Positions 48,065 to 58,262 of a stretch of 64,000 nucleotides of DNA are shown here, piece by piece. A program made the translations under genes and the position numbers. The DNA is taken from NCBI GenBank assembly GCA_035627515.1, contig DASPLQ010000012.1, positions 970,331 through 1,034,330 on the forward strand, in the 5' to 3' direction. The notes beneath the pieces are model-generated. The model did no database searches. It was given only the letters and a program-made list of their open reading frames with translations, and was not told where the DNA came from. The number at the start of each line of letters is the position of its first letter. Position 1 is the stretch's first letter. The DNA comes from Vitreimonas sp. (GTDB lineage Bacteria; Patescibacteriota; Microgenomatia; UBA1400; PJMF01).

Positions 48065-48493
48065 ATGATTAAAGCCACGTTGGGATTTATTTTCTCTTCT
48101 GACCATACTGAAGTATTGTTAATTGAGAAACAACGACCAGCATGGCAGGTCGGAAAACTAAATGGGTTAGGAGGCAAGTGCGAGGGTGAGGAAACTGCAG
48201 TGGCTTGTATCAGCCGGGAAATTCAAGAAGAGTGTAATTTAACTATCTCTTCTGACCGGTGGTCAGAAGTAGCAGAACTAAAATGGCAAGAGTGGGAGGT
48301 ATCAGTTTTTACGGTAGTGTTGAAAAAGCATGAAGATCGCGGGCTCACTTCACTGACAGATGAAGTAGTCAGCTGGTGCCCGGTCAATAACTTACCATCC
48401 ACTATATTGAGCAATCTGAGCTGGTTAATCCCGTTGGCTTTAGATAAACTACACGAACCTACCTTAAAGAAGGTGATTGTCACCTATGATTAA
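48065..48493 (+). CDS. NUDIX hydrolase
   Basis: GKLNGLGGKCEGEE..REIQEEC. Confidence 0.85.
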   Translation: MIKATLGFIFSSDHTEVLLIEKQRPAWQVGKLNGLGGKCEGEETAVACISREIQEECNLTISSDRWSEVAELKWQEWEVSVFTVVLKKHEDRGLTSLTDEVVSWCPVNNLPSTILSNLSWLIPLALDKLHEPTLKKVIVTYD

Positions 48494-50192
48494 CTTTTCA
48501 CGCGTGAAAAACTGGTCAATTTATATCTGGATTATTTTTTTCACGATTTTTCACGGGAGAGTATATTTTGCCACTGGAGTGCCTATTACCCACGACGGTG
48601 AGAATCACTTAGCTCGCTTTGCTAATTACAAGGTAGCTCTCAAGGAAGGGCAGTTGCCCCCGCGGTTTGCACCTAATCTCGTTAATCACTACGGTTATCC
48701 AGTCTTCAACTACAACTATCCGTTAGCAAACATTTTGTCCGTGCCTTTTTCGGTACTCAAAATTCATTACGAACTCACCTTTAAGATCATTATGCTGGTG
48801 TTTGTAGCTGCAGGATTAGCGGGGATTGCCACGTGGTTGCGATTACTGTCATATGGTCAGCAAGCCCAAGCCTTTGGTGTGGCTATTTTTGCTTTATCAC
48901 CCTATTTATTTAATGCCCTCGTTTTCCGCGGCAACGTTGGTGAAGTGATGGCGCTGGGGTTGTTGCCATGGTTGATAGTAGGCATAGAAGTGATTAGACA
49001 ACGATCTGTAAGTCGTGGAGAACTAATTGTATTAATCATGACATGGACAGCGTTTTTGCTATCGCATAATGTGACGGTAGTTTTTGGCGTACCACTAGTG
49101 CTTGGATATGGTTTGCTAAGAGTGGGAACTGCTTACAATTACTGGAAAGTCATCGGTACGTGCATCGTTACAGCAGTGGGGGCTACCCTCTGGTTTTGGT
49201 TGCCGGCATTAGCAGAAAAATCTCAGATCATTGTAGATACTGCTGCCGCCTCACTGACGTTTGCCGATCACTTTCCAACATTAAAACAACTTATCTTAGC
49301 ACCCCTGACATTTGGATACTCATATTTGGGAAGCGTTGATTCACTCTCATATGCGATGGGTAGTTTGCAGATTTTGACCGTACTTATTGCTTTGCTTTTG
49401 ATTACCAAAAACCGGTGGATTTCAAAACAGTACGCTGAACAAAATAAAGTATTTATAGTTGCACTCAGTGGGTTAGTGGTACTGTTTTTATTACAGTTGT
49501 CTTTGGCGAAACCGCTATGGACACTCATACCTGTGCTGAGGTTTATTCAGTTCCCATGGCGATTGGGACTTTTTAGTCCACTCTTACTAGCACCAGTGGC
49601 TGCTGAGATTTGGCAGCGATTACCTCGGAAAGGACATGCTTTACTGATCTTAGCTACAGCCGCACAACTTTTTTCGATGTTGATCATCAAGCCTGTCGGT
49701 TATCTTCATCAAGAAAAATTGACATACGAACAATTTACACAAAGTACTAGTACTGCTAATGAAAACTTGCCCAAGACTTTTACCTATACTGATTTTAGTG
49801 ACTGGCTACCTACTGCCGAGATTGTGGAAGGAAAGGGAAGAGTAGAAGTGATTAAATGGAGTGGGTCGGAACGAACGTATCGAGTCTTTGTGGATGAAAA
49901 AGTAACTGTCATCGAACCCACAATGTACTTCTTGGGTTGGCAAACAACAGCTCAGCGAGGTCACGATGTATGGCGGCAGCAACTACCCTATCTGATTACT
50001 CAGCAATGGGGGGGACGAATTGCCTATCAACTCGACCCAGGTGAATACTTAGTTAGGTCACAGTTTACGCAGCAAACACCAGCACGTTTGGTGGGAAATA
50101 GTGTCAGTTTGGCAACAGTGATAGGTATGATTTTGTATGCTACTTGGCCGGTGGTGAAAAAGTATGTGTTAGTGAAATATTCTAAAAGGTAG
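48486..50192 (+). CDS. Polytopic GT-C-like membrane protein (PTPS-related/YfhO-like family)
   Basis: THDGENH, YGYPVFNYNYPL, RGNVGE, WFWLPAL, IQFPWR. Confidence 0.78.
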   Translation: MINFSRVKNWSIYIWIIFFTIFHGRVYFATGVPITHDGENHLARFANYKVALKEGQLPPRFAPNLVNHYGYPVFNYNYPLANILSVPFSVLKIHYELTFKIIMLVFVAAGLAGIATWLRLLSYGQQAQAFGVAIFALSPYLFNALVFRGNVGEVMALGLLPWLIVGIEVIRQRSVSRGELIVLIMTWTAFLLSHNVTVVFGVPLVLGYGLLRVGTAYNYWKVIGTCIVTAVGATLWFWLPALAEKSQIIVDTAAASLTFADHFPTLKQLILAPLTFGYSYLGSVDSLSYAMGSLQILTVLIALLLITKNRWISKQYAEQNKVFIVALSGLVVLFLLQLSLAKPLWTLIPVLRFIQFPWRLGLFSPLLLAPVAAEIWQRLPRKGHALLILATAAQLFSMLIIKPVGYLHQEKLTYEQFTQSTSTANENLPKTFTYTDFSDWLPTAEIVEGKGRVEVIKWSGSERTYRVFVDEKVTVIEPTMYFLGWQTTAQRGHDVWRQQLPYLITQQWGGRIAYQLDPGEYLVRSQFTQQTPARLVGNSVSLATVIGMILYATWPVVKKYVLVKYSKR

Positions 50193-50193
50193 T

Positions 50194-50673
50194 ATGCAGA
50201 TGAATATAATTACCTTATCATCTGACCACCTAAATCTGATTTTAGAATTTGAAAAAGCGCAAACCCAATGCGAACTTTATTATGGTTTTGATAAAAAAAG
50301 TTTGCAGGATTTATTTAATAATCCAAGTAAAGGTCAAGCCTTAGGCATTATGGAGAATGAAGTGTTAATTGCCTATGGAGCTTTTAAAATTGATTGGCAA
50401 GAACAAAGTGACAGTGAGGGAGTTTACGAAATTAGCTCGGTGGTTGTAAGCAGCAATCATCGTGGCAAAGGTTTAGGAGCCCGTATTTTAGATGAGCTTG
50501 TTAGTAGGGCTAAAGCCCAACCTGATTATCATAAACTGTATTTAACAGTTTCGCCTTTAAACATTGGTGCATTAATTTTGTACCTTAAACATGGATTTAT
50601 AATCACTGACTTTAAAACTAATGTGTATGGACCAGGAACTGACAGAGTTTACTTAACTTTAAATGAAAAATAG
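50194..50673 (+). CDS. GNAT N-acetyltransferase
   Basis: VVVSSNHRGKGLG, LTVSPLNIGALILYLKHGF. Confidence 0.88.
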   Translation: MQMNIITLSSDHLNLILEFEKAQTQCELYYGFDKKSLQDLFNNPSKGQALGIMENEVLIAYGAFKIDWQEQSDSEGVYEISSVVVSSNHRGKGLGARILDELVSRAKAQPDYHKLYLTVSPLNIGALILYLKHGFIITDFKTNVYGPGTDRVYLTLNEK

Positions 50674-51859
50674 CACGTTACTATTAACTATGTCCAAAAA
50701 AACTTTATTGCAGCTGGCGTTATTTTTTCTTATTTGGCGGGTGAGCTTATTCGTGGTGGGCAGCGTTGCGGATAACTTTCTCACCTATGCCCCTACTTTC
50801 CCTTACGCACAAGAATTATTAGCTACCTACGACATGCCTCGTTGGTTGTATTCTTGGGCTAACTTTGATGGCGTTCATTACTTAACTATTGCAGAAAAGG
50901 GGTATATAGGCACAGGTTTAATTCAAGCTTTTTTTCCAGGTTTTCCTTTGACCATGATGGGTGCAAATTTTCTTCTAGGCAACACTTTAGTAACAGGGTT
51001 ATTGTTGGCCAATTTTTCGACTCTGCTATTGATGATGGTTTGGTACGGTTTTGTGAGTGAAGTGTATGATCAACAGACAGCGAAAATTTCGTTGCTGATT
51101 TTATTTTTATTTCCGACAGCTTTTTTCTTTGGAGCAGTATATTCAGAAGCTTTATTTTTAGCCTTGATCATTGGTAGTTTTTGGGCAGCAAGGCGCCGAC
51201 AGTGGTGGCTGGCAGGTATATTAGCGGCGGTAGCTTCCGCTACCCGGGTGGTGGGAGTTGGATTGGTGCCCGCCTTACTGCTGGAGCTATACCTGCAACT
51301 CACTGAACAAAAATCGCCAAAACAAACCTGGCAAAAACTAGCCCGCCAAGCTTGGCCAGCTGTGGTGTGGATTGCGATCGGAACAGTGGGTCTTTTAGCT
51401 TATATGTGGTTTTTGTATGGTGAGTTTAGAGACGCCTTATATTTCTTGCACGTCCAGTCAGAGTTTGGCGGTGGTAGACAAGAATCGTTAGTTTTATATC
51501 CACAAGTGGTATGGAGATACATAAAGATTTTACTTACCTACCGACCCTTTAACTTAAACTACTTAGCCTATGTTCAAGAATTTGTGGCAGGGACGGTGGG
51601 ACTATTAACTTTAGTGATGAGTTATCGTCAAGTGAGGTGGTCCTATCTACTGTTTGCGTTAGGAGCATTTATTGTACCGACTTTGACCGGCACATTTTCG
51701 AGTATGCCGCGGTATATTTTGGTTTGTTTTCCGCTGTTTATATGGCTGACTTTGCAGCTGCAAAATAAGCGTTGGTTATTAAGCTTATATCTGGTAGGAT
51801 CAATAGTGTTGTTATTTGTGAATCTGATACTATTTATCCAGGGTTACTGGATAGCTTAG
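50663..51859 (+). CDS. PIG-V/GT76-like mannosyltransferase (GT-C)
   Basis: WANFDGVHYLTIA..GY, AFFPGFP, YSEALF, ATRVVG, SMPRY. Confidence 0.85.
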   Translation: MKNSTLLLTMSKKTLLQLALFFLIWRVSLFVVGSVADNFLTYAPTFPYAQELLATYDMPRWLYSWANFDGVHYLTIAEKGYIGTGLIQAFFPGFPLTMMGANFLLGNTLVTGLLLANFSTLLLMMVWYGFVSEVYDQQTAKISLLILFLFPTAFFFGAVYSEALFLALIIGSFWAARRRQWWLAGILAAVASATRVVGVGLVPALLLELYLQLTEQKSPKQTWQKLARQAWPAVVWIAIGTVGLLAYMWFLYGEFRDALYFLHVQSEFGGGRQESLVLYPQVVWRYIKILLTYRPFNLNYLAYVQEFVAGTVGLLTLVMSYRQVRWSYLLFALGAFIVPTLTGTFSSMPRYILVCFPLFIWLTLQLQNKRWLLSLYLVGSIVLLFVNLILFIQGYWIA

Positions 51860-51868
51860 AAGGATAAT

Positions 51869-52777
51869 ATGCGCATTTTAGTAACTGGTGGAGCAGGTTT
51901 TTTAGGCACGCACTTGTGTCGTTCTTTAGCAAAGGATGGACATGAAGTAGAAGTGCTGGACGTCAAACCGAACCCTGAGTTCCACACTATCATTGCCGAC
52001 GTCCGCGATGCTGAAGCTATGAAACAACACATCCGCGATTATGTGGCTGTTTTTCATTTAGCATCATTGATTGAAGCTGGTGAGTCGGTGAAGTATCCCC
52101 AAAAATTTGTTGATCACAACATCACTGGTGCCGTCTCAGTTTTAGAGGCCATGCGAGAAAACGGGGTCAAGATTTTTTCTTTTTCATCTAGTGCGGCTAT
52201 TTATGGTGAGCCGGAGCGTACCCCTATCGATGAAGATGACCGGACAATTCCGATTAATCCTTATGGCATGACAAAATTGGCCATGGAAGGCTTAGTGTCT
52301 TCATACGTAGCTAGTTTTGGGATGACTGGTATCGCTTTACGTTACTTTAATCTCTATGGACCAGAAGAACACCATCAGCCTGAAACACACGCTATTCCCC
52401 GCTTTATTGATCAAATTATGCATGATCAAGAAGTCACAATTTGGGGTAAAGGTGAACATCAGCGTGATTTTATTTACATAGATGACGTCGTCTCAGCCCA
52501 TCGTTGTGCTTTAGATTTAGCTCACCGAGATCCTGGTAAATATCACTATTTCAATTTATCCACTGAGCAACCCACTACTGTGGCAGATGTGGTGAAGATG
52601 CTCGAAGAAATTATTGGTAAACCAGCCCGGGTGACCAACTATCCTAACCGACCTGGTGATCCCCTCGTGTTAGTAGCTAACGCCAGTAAAGCGCATGAAA
52701 TTTTAGGGTGGCGAGCAGCGGTAGATTTACGAACCGGTCTCGAGCGAACAGTGGAGTACTTCAAATCGCAAGTATAG
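51869..52777 (+). CDS. NAD-dependent sugar epimerase, GalE-like
   Basis: GGAGFLG, SSSAAIYG, YGMTK, LRYFN, RPGDP. Confidence 0.88.
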   Translation: MRILVTGGAGFLGTHLCRSLAKDGHEVEVLDVKPNPEFHTIIADVRDAEAMKQHIRDYVAVFHLASLIEAGESVKYPQKFVDHNITGAVSVLEAMRENGVKIFSFSSSAAIYGEPERTPIDEDDRTIPINPYGMTKLAMEGLVSSYVASFGMTGIALRYFNLYGPEEHHQPETHAIPRFIDQIMHDQEVTIWGKGEHQRDFIYIDDVVSAHRCALDLAHRDPGKYHYFNLSTEQPTTVADVVKMLEEIIGKPARVTNYPNRPGDPLVLVANASKAHEILGWRAAVDLRTGLERTVEYFKSQV

Positions 52778-52803
52778 TAACAGTAGTTAGCTGAAGGTGA
52801 TCA

Positions 52804-54090
52804 ATGCGTCATACGGTGGCTCGTCTTTATCATTTTGGTATCAACTCTCCAGCGGTATGGCAGTCAGCAATTATGACTGTTGGTAACATGGTCACTGCAG
52901 TCATTTCAGCGGTAGCACTTATTTACTTATCTCGAGTATTAGGTCCAGCTCAATTTGGAATTTTTTCTGTGGCTTCATCACTAATGATGATTCTGTGTAA
53001 AGTGGGCGATTTGGGTTTAAATGCTGTGGTAACACGGTATGTACCGGGGTGGCAAAATCAAGATAAAAAGGTGCATGAACTCTTAGGACAGTTAGTACTG
53101 TGGAAGTTAGGCTTAGTGGCCGGTGGATTTTTGTTGGGATTGCTCGCCTTACCTATGGCAATGGAAGTGTTACAGTACCCGTATTTGGGGATGCTGCTTT
53201 GGGCGTTGGCAGGCAGTATTGTAATCGTCATTTATGAATACGTGTTAGTGGTCTTGTCGGCATATCACCAATTCACTTGGGCCAGTGTATTAAGTAGTTT
53301 CCAAGCTGCCATCAAAGTTGTAGCTTTTGTAAGCTTAGGAATGACAGGGGCCCTGACCGTGATGGCGGCAACAACTGCATATGTATTGGCACCACTAGTA
53401 AGTGCGTTAGTGATCATGATAGTTTTCCCCCAGTGGTTTTTACTCCGCCCGAAACCTGCTTCAGTAGCCTTAAAAAAAGTGATTAAAAACTTTTCTTTCC
53501 ATGCTGGCTTAGGTGTCATTGCCATGACCTTGATTGTGAATGTAGATGTGTTGTTTGTGCAGACATACTTAACACCTTTTGAAACAGGGGTGTATGCGGG
53601 GGCAGCACGGATTGCGATGTTTGTCGGTTTTGCCACTGCCGCTATTGGTGGTGTGCTCAATAATCGGGTTGCACGTTACCAAGAAAATGCTCAACTCCGG
53701 ACCTATCTAAAAAAATCAAGCTTGGTGAGTGTTTTAGCTATTATGGGTGCCATGGCATTTTTACCAGTAGCTAAATGGGTACTGACCTTGAGCATTGGTC
53801 CTGAATATATTTCTGGTTTAGTGCCGATGACCATTTTAGTTTTAAATGCCTTTTGGGCGCTGGCAGTTGTGCCGTATGTCTCTTTTTTCTATGCCGTAGA
53901 GTATCCCAGTTATTTCTCAATTGGTGGTGTGTTGCAGGTGGTAATTATAGTGATCGGGAATGTTCTCTTTTTGGAGCAATACGGTCTGGATGCAGCTGCT
54001 TGGTCTCGGGTAGTCGCTACGGTTTTCCACAGTGTCTATACCTTAATTGCCGTGTGGTGGGTGATGAAGCATCGCCTTCACCAAGCCTGA
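52804..54090 (+). CDS. Wzx-like oligosaccharide flippase
   Basis: SRVLGPAQFG, DLGL, VDVLFV..GVYAGA; about 12 TM helices. Confidence 0.85.
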   Translation: MRHTVARLYHFGINSPAVWQSAIMTVGNMVTAVISAVALIYLSRVLGPAQFGIFSVASSLMMILCKVGDLGLNAVVTRYVPGWQNQDKKVHELLGQLVLWKLGLVAGGFLLGLLALPMAMEVLQYPYLGMLLWALAGSIVIVIYEYVLVVLSAYHQFTWASVLSSFQAAIKVVAFVSLGMTGALTVMAATTAYVLAPLVSALVIMIVFPQWFLLRPKPASVALKKVIKNFSFHAGLGVIAMTLIVNVDVLFVQTYLTPFETGVYAGAARIAMFVGFATAAIGGVLNNRVARYQENAQLRTYLKKSSLVSVLAIMGAMAFLPVAKWVLTLSIGPEYISGLVPMTILVLNAFWALAVVPYVSFFYAVEYPSYFSIGGVLQVVIIVIGNVLFLEQYGLDAAAWSRVVATVFHSVYTLIAVWWVMKHRLHQA

Positions 54091-55605
54091 TACATTTCGC
54101 ACCCGCTCTTCCAAGATGGCAGGTAAATATCTCAACCAGTGTACTAGTGAGTAGTTTTTCAACATCACTAACCACCAGTTTTTGACGTCTAACCATTGTT
54201 TGTAACTTCTCCAAGCTTGAGAAGTTTGATGACCCAGATGAGTTACCTGCACCTCGGTGGCTACTACATTCTGCCAGCCAGCTTGGTGAAACCGTAATCC
54301 GAGGTCTACGTCTTCTAAATATGAGCCGAAGCGGGTATCAAATAGACCAGTTTTTTCTAAGGCCTCACGGGAGAAAACTACACAGGCCGCATTAAAACTG
54401 GCAATGAAATTTTTTGTTTCTGGCCGATGGGTAAGTGCTTTGCCCTGTGGTAAGACATATACCCCATTACTTTCAATTTCCCCATTTGGTTTAATCAAAG
54501 TTGGCGAGACACTAGCAACATTATTTTTGAAGGAGTCCAATAACATTTCTAACCAGTGTTTGGGGAGCACTACATCATCATTGACTGTACCCACATAAGT
54601 TCCCCGAGCGCGACGCAAACCAATGTTGACCGTGTCAGCAAAACCCATATTTTTACTCAGTTTGATGAAGATAACTTCTGGATAGCGGGCGATTAAACGA
54701 TCGAGACCAGCAGCACTGCTGACTACAATTACTTCATCCTGTTTACTGAAAGTGCTGAGGTTAGTTTTAAGAAAGGTCTCCAGCAATTCATAACGCATGT
54801 TGGGAATCACGATTGAAGCCCGAATAGTAGCGTCTGCAGGAAGTAGCACCGAGGTTGTATAGCGTTTTAACACTCCTGTCAGCAGTTTTTGTTGCCACCG
54901 GGGCCAATGTTTATGAGCGAAGATTCGTAAGGCATTAAAAAAGAGGTTGTGACGTTGCGAGGATGAGAGGGGATTAAATGAGGCTCCCCCTTGGTGTGTT
55001 AGATTTACATCTGGCAAAATTTCCACTTTATTAGTGGTCTCATAAATCCGTTTTGATAAATCGCTATCTTCAAACCAGATAAAAAATCGTTCATCCCAGC
55101 CCCCGAGCTGATCAAATAGCTGTTTGGTCAGTAATAAACAGCCTCCCACTAAGGTAGTGGGCGATCCACTACGGGGTAAAATTCTTTTGAGAGGTGTATA
55201 CATTTGTAAGGCTGAGTATAAACTTGGGAGGGGTTGACGATAGTTATCCCCCAGATCAGGGGTTGAGGCTTCCAGCTGTTTCACTGTGGCATGTTCCAGC
55301 CATTTTATAAGATTAACTCGAGTGATGATGACATCAGGATTAAGAAACAATAACCACTTGCCTCGAGCTTGTTGGGCGCCTAAATTAGCACCACCACCAT
55401 AGCCCCGATTAAAAGCCGGCTTCATAATCTGCAGAGATAAAGCGGAGAACTTCTTGGGTAAATTAGCCGGCAAATCACCACTATTATCAACCACGATCAC
55501 TTCCATTGTTTCTGAAGGGTCCTCAGCCAAAGTTGCTAACTGTGTATTCAGTAGCTCAGATGTCTGCCAATGCACAATGATCACTGAGACATGTGGTGTA
55601 CTCAT
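54043..55605 (-). CDS. Tandem two-domain GT2 glycosyltransferase (rhamnosyltransferase-like)
   Basis: Two GT2 repeats: VDNS/NRGYG/LNPD/DERFFIWFEDSD and NMGFA/VNDD/DTRFGSYLEDVD. Confidence 0.88.
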   Translation of the reverse strand: MSTPHVSVIIVHWQTSELLNTQLATLAEDPSETMEVIVVDNSGDLPANLPKKFSALSLQIMKPAFNRGYGGGANLGAQQARGKWLLFLNPDVIITRVNLIKWLEHATVKQLEASTPDLGDNYRQPLPSLYSALQMYTPLKRILPRSGSPTTLVGGCLLLTKQLFDQLGGWDERFFIWFEDSDLSKRIYETTNKVEILPDVNLTHQGGASFNPLSSSQRHNLFFNALRIFAHKHWPRWQQKLLTGVLKRYTTSVLLPADATIRASIVIPNMRYELLETFLKTNLSTFSKQDEVIVVSSAAGLDRLIARYPEVIFIKLSKNMGFADTVNIGLRRARGTYVGTVNDDVVLPKHWLEMLLDSFKNNVASVSPTLIKPNGEIESNGVYVLPQGKALTHRPETKNFIASFNAACVVFSREALEKTGLFDTRFGSYLEDVDLGLRFHQAGWQNVVATEVQVTHLGHQTSQAWRSYKQWLDVKNWWLVMLKNYSLVHWLRYLPAILEERVRNVSGLVKAMLHHPPHGN

Positions 55606-57230
55606 AAGTTATTCCAACTATAGAGGGTGCCAGGCCAGATTGAAAAAGGATTGTCATCAAGAGGATAATGATCTAGGTATACTTCTTTAGTTAGGTTTTG
55701 TTCAGCAAACTCTCTGATATCAGCAGGCAAACTGGAGTCGTCGATCCAGATAAAACCCAGTGGATACAGGCTGATGACTCGCTGGAGATCTTGCAGATTG
55801 GTAATTACTTTTACCCGAGGATCAGCCGTTAGTAATTTTTCTCCAGCTTGGTTAAGCGTAAAAACAGTTCGTCGTTCAATGCCATTCACAAGACCTTCAT
55901 CATTTTCCCAGCGCACCATGTAGAGCGGTTGATACTCATCACCCAAATACCACCGAGCTCGATCCCCCCAGGTATCAACCATGGCTACGGGTGTAGAAGG
56001 CTGAGCAGTAATTCGTTGCAACACGGGTTGATACACTTGATCATAATCAAGTAAAGCAATTTCGCGCATTTCATGATTGATTGAATAAAATGCTTTGGGT
56101 TTCAAGACAAAGGTATGGCCGTTAGCAATGATTACGAGCGTTATTGCGAGTGGTGTCAGCCAGCTAAGGCGGGTTAAAAGCGCGAACTGTTTTTTTGTTA
56201 CAGTAGCCTTGACACTAGAGAGCGTTTTGTCACTTAATTGATCGCTTAAAAATACAATTGCCGCAGCTGCATATAAATAGAGTAACGGGAAAATAGGTAA
56301 TAAATAACGTGTGACATATGGCGCAAACAAAAAGAAGAAAAAACTTAAATATGCGCCACCCATCACTGCGGGAAGTAGATGTTTTTTAGGTTCACTGACA
56401 CAGCTTAACAACCATCCAAACACCGCTAATAGGCCCATCACTCCGTGGACTCGCCATAAAAATGAGTGGTAGTACCAGACATTATTTGACAGGCCATTAG
56501 TGGCTAGGAATTGAAAGCGACCCGCGATTTGTGCCAGCGTGCCACTTTGCCATGCCACCACTAAAAGTATGGGAAGTACCAGCCATAACAACTTATGTTT
56601 TAAAACATAGGTAAAAGACTGACGATAAAAAAGTGCCAAATGAAGACCTAAAGCAGCCAGAGCTAGCAAGAAGCTGGTATGAGTAATGGCACCCAGTAGT
56701 CCTAAGCCCAGTACCCCTGCTAGTGAGATGACTTTGCCACGATTAGTCTTAGCCGATAATAACTGCCAATAACACCATATCAGCGATAACAAAATGACTT
56801 GTTGAAAAGTATAACTGCGGCTTTGTCGGGACCAGGCAATCAAAAAGTAAGAACACACAGTCAACAAGGCCCCGCTCAGTCCAACTCGAGGATCATTCCA
56901 TAACTTTTTGCCAACTGCCCAGACTAAGCCGGGCACTAAACATCCCAGTAGTACTGCTGGCATTCGAGCCATGGTGATAGAAACACCACCGAGCTTAAAA
57001 GCCAATGCCACCAAGGCATAGTAGGTGAAGTTATGTGGCTCTAAGATAGCAGGCCAGTTGGTGAGTACTCCCCATCCATGATCTAAAATAATTTTAGCTT
57101 GGGCGACACTTGAAAATTCATCTACCCACATCGGTGTGTTTAAGTTGGGAAATCGGTAAAGCGCCGCTAAAATTATTAATCCAAAAATAAGTACAATTTC
57201 CATCCAGGAATTTTTCAACCACTTTATCAT
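55602..57230 (-). CDS. GT-C (ArnT/PMT-like) membrane glycosyltransferase
   Basis: MWVDE, ARMP, SRQSRSY, RYLLP. Confidence 0.82.
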   Translation of the reverse strand: MIKWLKNSWMEIVLIFGLIILAALYRFPNLNTPMWVDEFSSVAQAKIILDHGWGVLTNWPAILEPHNFTYYALVALAFKLGGVSITMARMPAVLLGCLVPGLVWAVGKKLWNDPRVGLSGALLTVCSYFLIAWSRQSRSYTFQQVILLSLIWCYWQLLSAKTNRGKVISLAGVLGLGLLGAITHTSFLLALAALGLHLALFYRQSFTYVLKHKLLWLVLPILLVVAWQSGTLAQIAGRFQFLATNGLSNNVWYYHSFLWRVHGVMGLLAVFGWLLSCVSEPKKHLLPAVMGGAYLSFFFFLFAPYVTRYLLPIFPLLYLYAAAAIVFLSDQLSDKTLSSVKATVTKKQFALLTRLSWLTPLAITLVIIANGHTFVLKPKAFYSINHEMREIALLDYDQVYQPVLQRITAQPSTPVAMVDTWGDRARWYLGDEYQPLYMVRWENDEGLVNGIERRTVFTLNQAGEKLLTADPRVKVITNLQDLQRVISLYPLGFIWIDDSSLPADIREFAEQNLTKEVYLDHYPLDDNPFSIWPGTLYSWNNL

Positions 57231-58261
57231 AATGCTGCTGCTTCCCAGTAGGTTTGGTTACTCTCTTTATAATCCACGTTTCTGACTTTAATCATACCTT
57301 TATTTTGATCTGGCCCCACTGAAAAGATAATTTTATCATCTTCCCATTTGAGGATTCTGACGGGTTTATTATCCAGCCAAACTTGCGCGTCATTATATTG
57401 AGCATCACCAAAGTTTTTACCGAGGGCGGTAACTTGTTTCCACGAACTTCCTCCATACGGGGACTCAATTTTCATAATAATGGGTGTTAAATGAAGAGGA
57501 TCAGTGGTAGCTATAAAGGCAACTTGCATGCCGATCAACAACATGCCAATCGTAGCGCCAACAATAATATGTGGCTTACGGTGTGTAATATGTGTGATTA
57601 AGGTAGCTAAAGCTAAAGTGACTAAGCTGAAGAGTAAAAAGTGTGCCTGATATTGACCAGTATAGAACCAGTAAAAATAAGCTGCTCTTTCGATAAAAAA
57701 ACGGTGGAAAAAAAAGAAGTGGTGTGAGAGTTGAGCGGTGGTCAGGAAGATATAAATACCCCACAGTAAAGGCAAAGGGTAGCGGTTATATAAGTTCAAG
57801 AAGGCTCGCTTAAGTTTTAAGAGTGGTGACTTTAATGGCCCTAATAAAGTGATGACAATTTTACTTAAGATAGGAAAGTCAGCGTGTAAGGCTTGTAAGT
57901 CGCAAATGAGCTCGGTAGGAGCATGAAATGTTTGAGAGTTATTGCTCGTACTCATCAACGCTGCTTGTTTTAATGAGAAAAGACTGAGGAAAATCAAACC
58001 CCAGCTAAACAATGTTTGAGCAAGTGATAGGTTTCCATACAATAGCACAGGCACCACCGGTACAAAACAAGCTATGGCTAAACCTAGGCTTAAGTGTTCT
58101 TCTGTTCTATGAACAATCAGCAATAGTACCCATAAGCTCAAAACTATGAAGGTGGCAATGATAGGATAACTTAAACTTCCCCAAATATTGAGTAATACCA
58201 GCAGTAATATAGTCATTAAAACAGGAAAACGGAGCAAATGGGCGGTATTAAATACTTTCAT
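57227..58261 (-). CDS. Membrane protein with C-terminal IPT/TIG-like beta domain
   Basis: Multiple TM helices; PIIMKIE..GKNFG..KWEDDKI. Confidence 0.7.
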   Translation of the reverse strand: MKVFNTAHLLRFPVLMTILLLVLLNIWGSLSYPIIATFIVLSLWVLLLIVHRTEEHLSLGLAIACFVPVVPVLLYGNLSLAQTLFSWGLIFLSLFSLKQAALMSTSNNSQTFHAPTELICDLQALHADFPILSKIVITLLGPLKSPLLKLKRAFLNLYNRYPLPLLWGIYIFLTTAQLSHHFFFFHRFFIERAAYFYWFYTGQYQAHFLLFSLVTLALATLITHITHRKPHIIVGATIGMLLIGMQVAFIATTDPLHLTPIIMKIESPYGGSSWKQVTALGKNFGDAQYNDAQVWLDNKPVRILKWEDDKIIFSVGPDQNKGMIKVRNVDYKESNQTYWEAAAL

Positions 58262-58262
58262 A

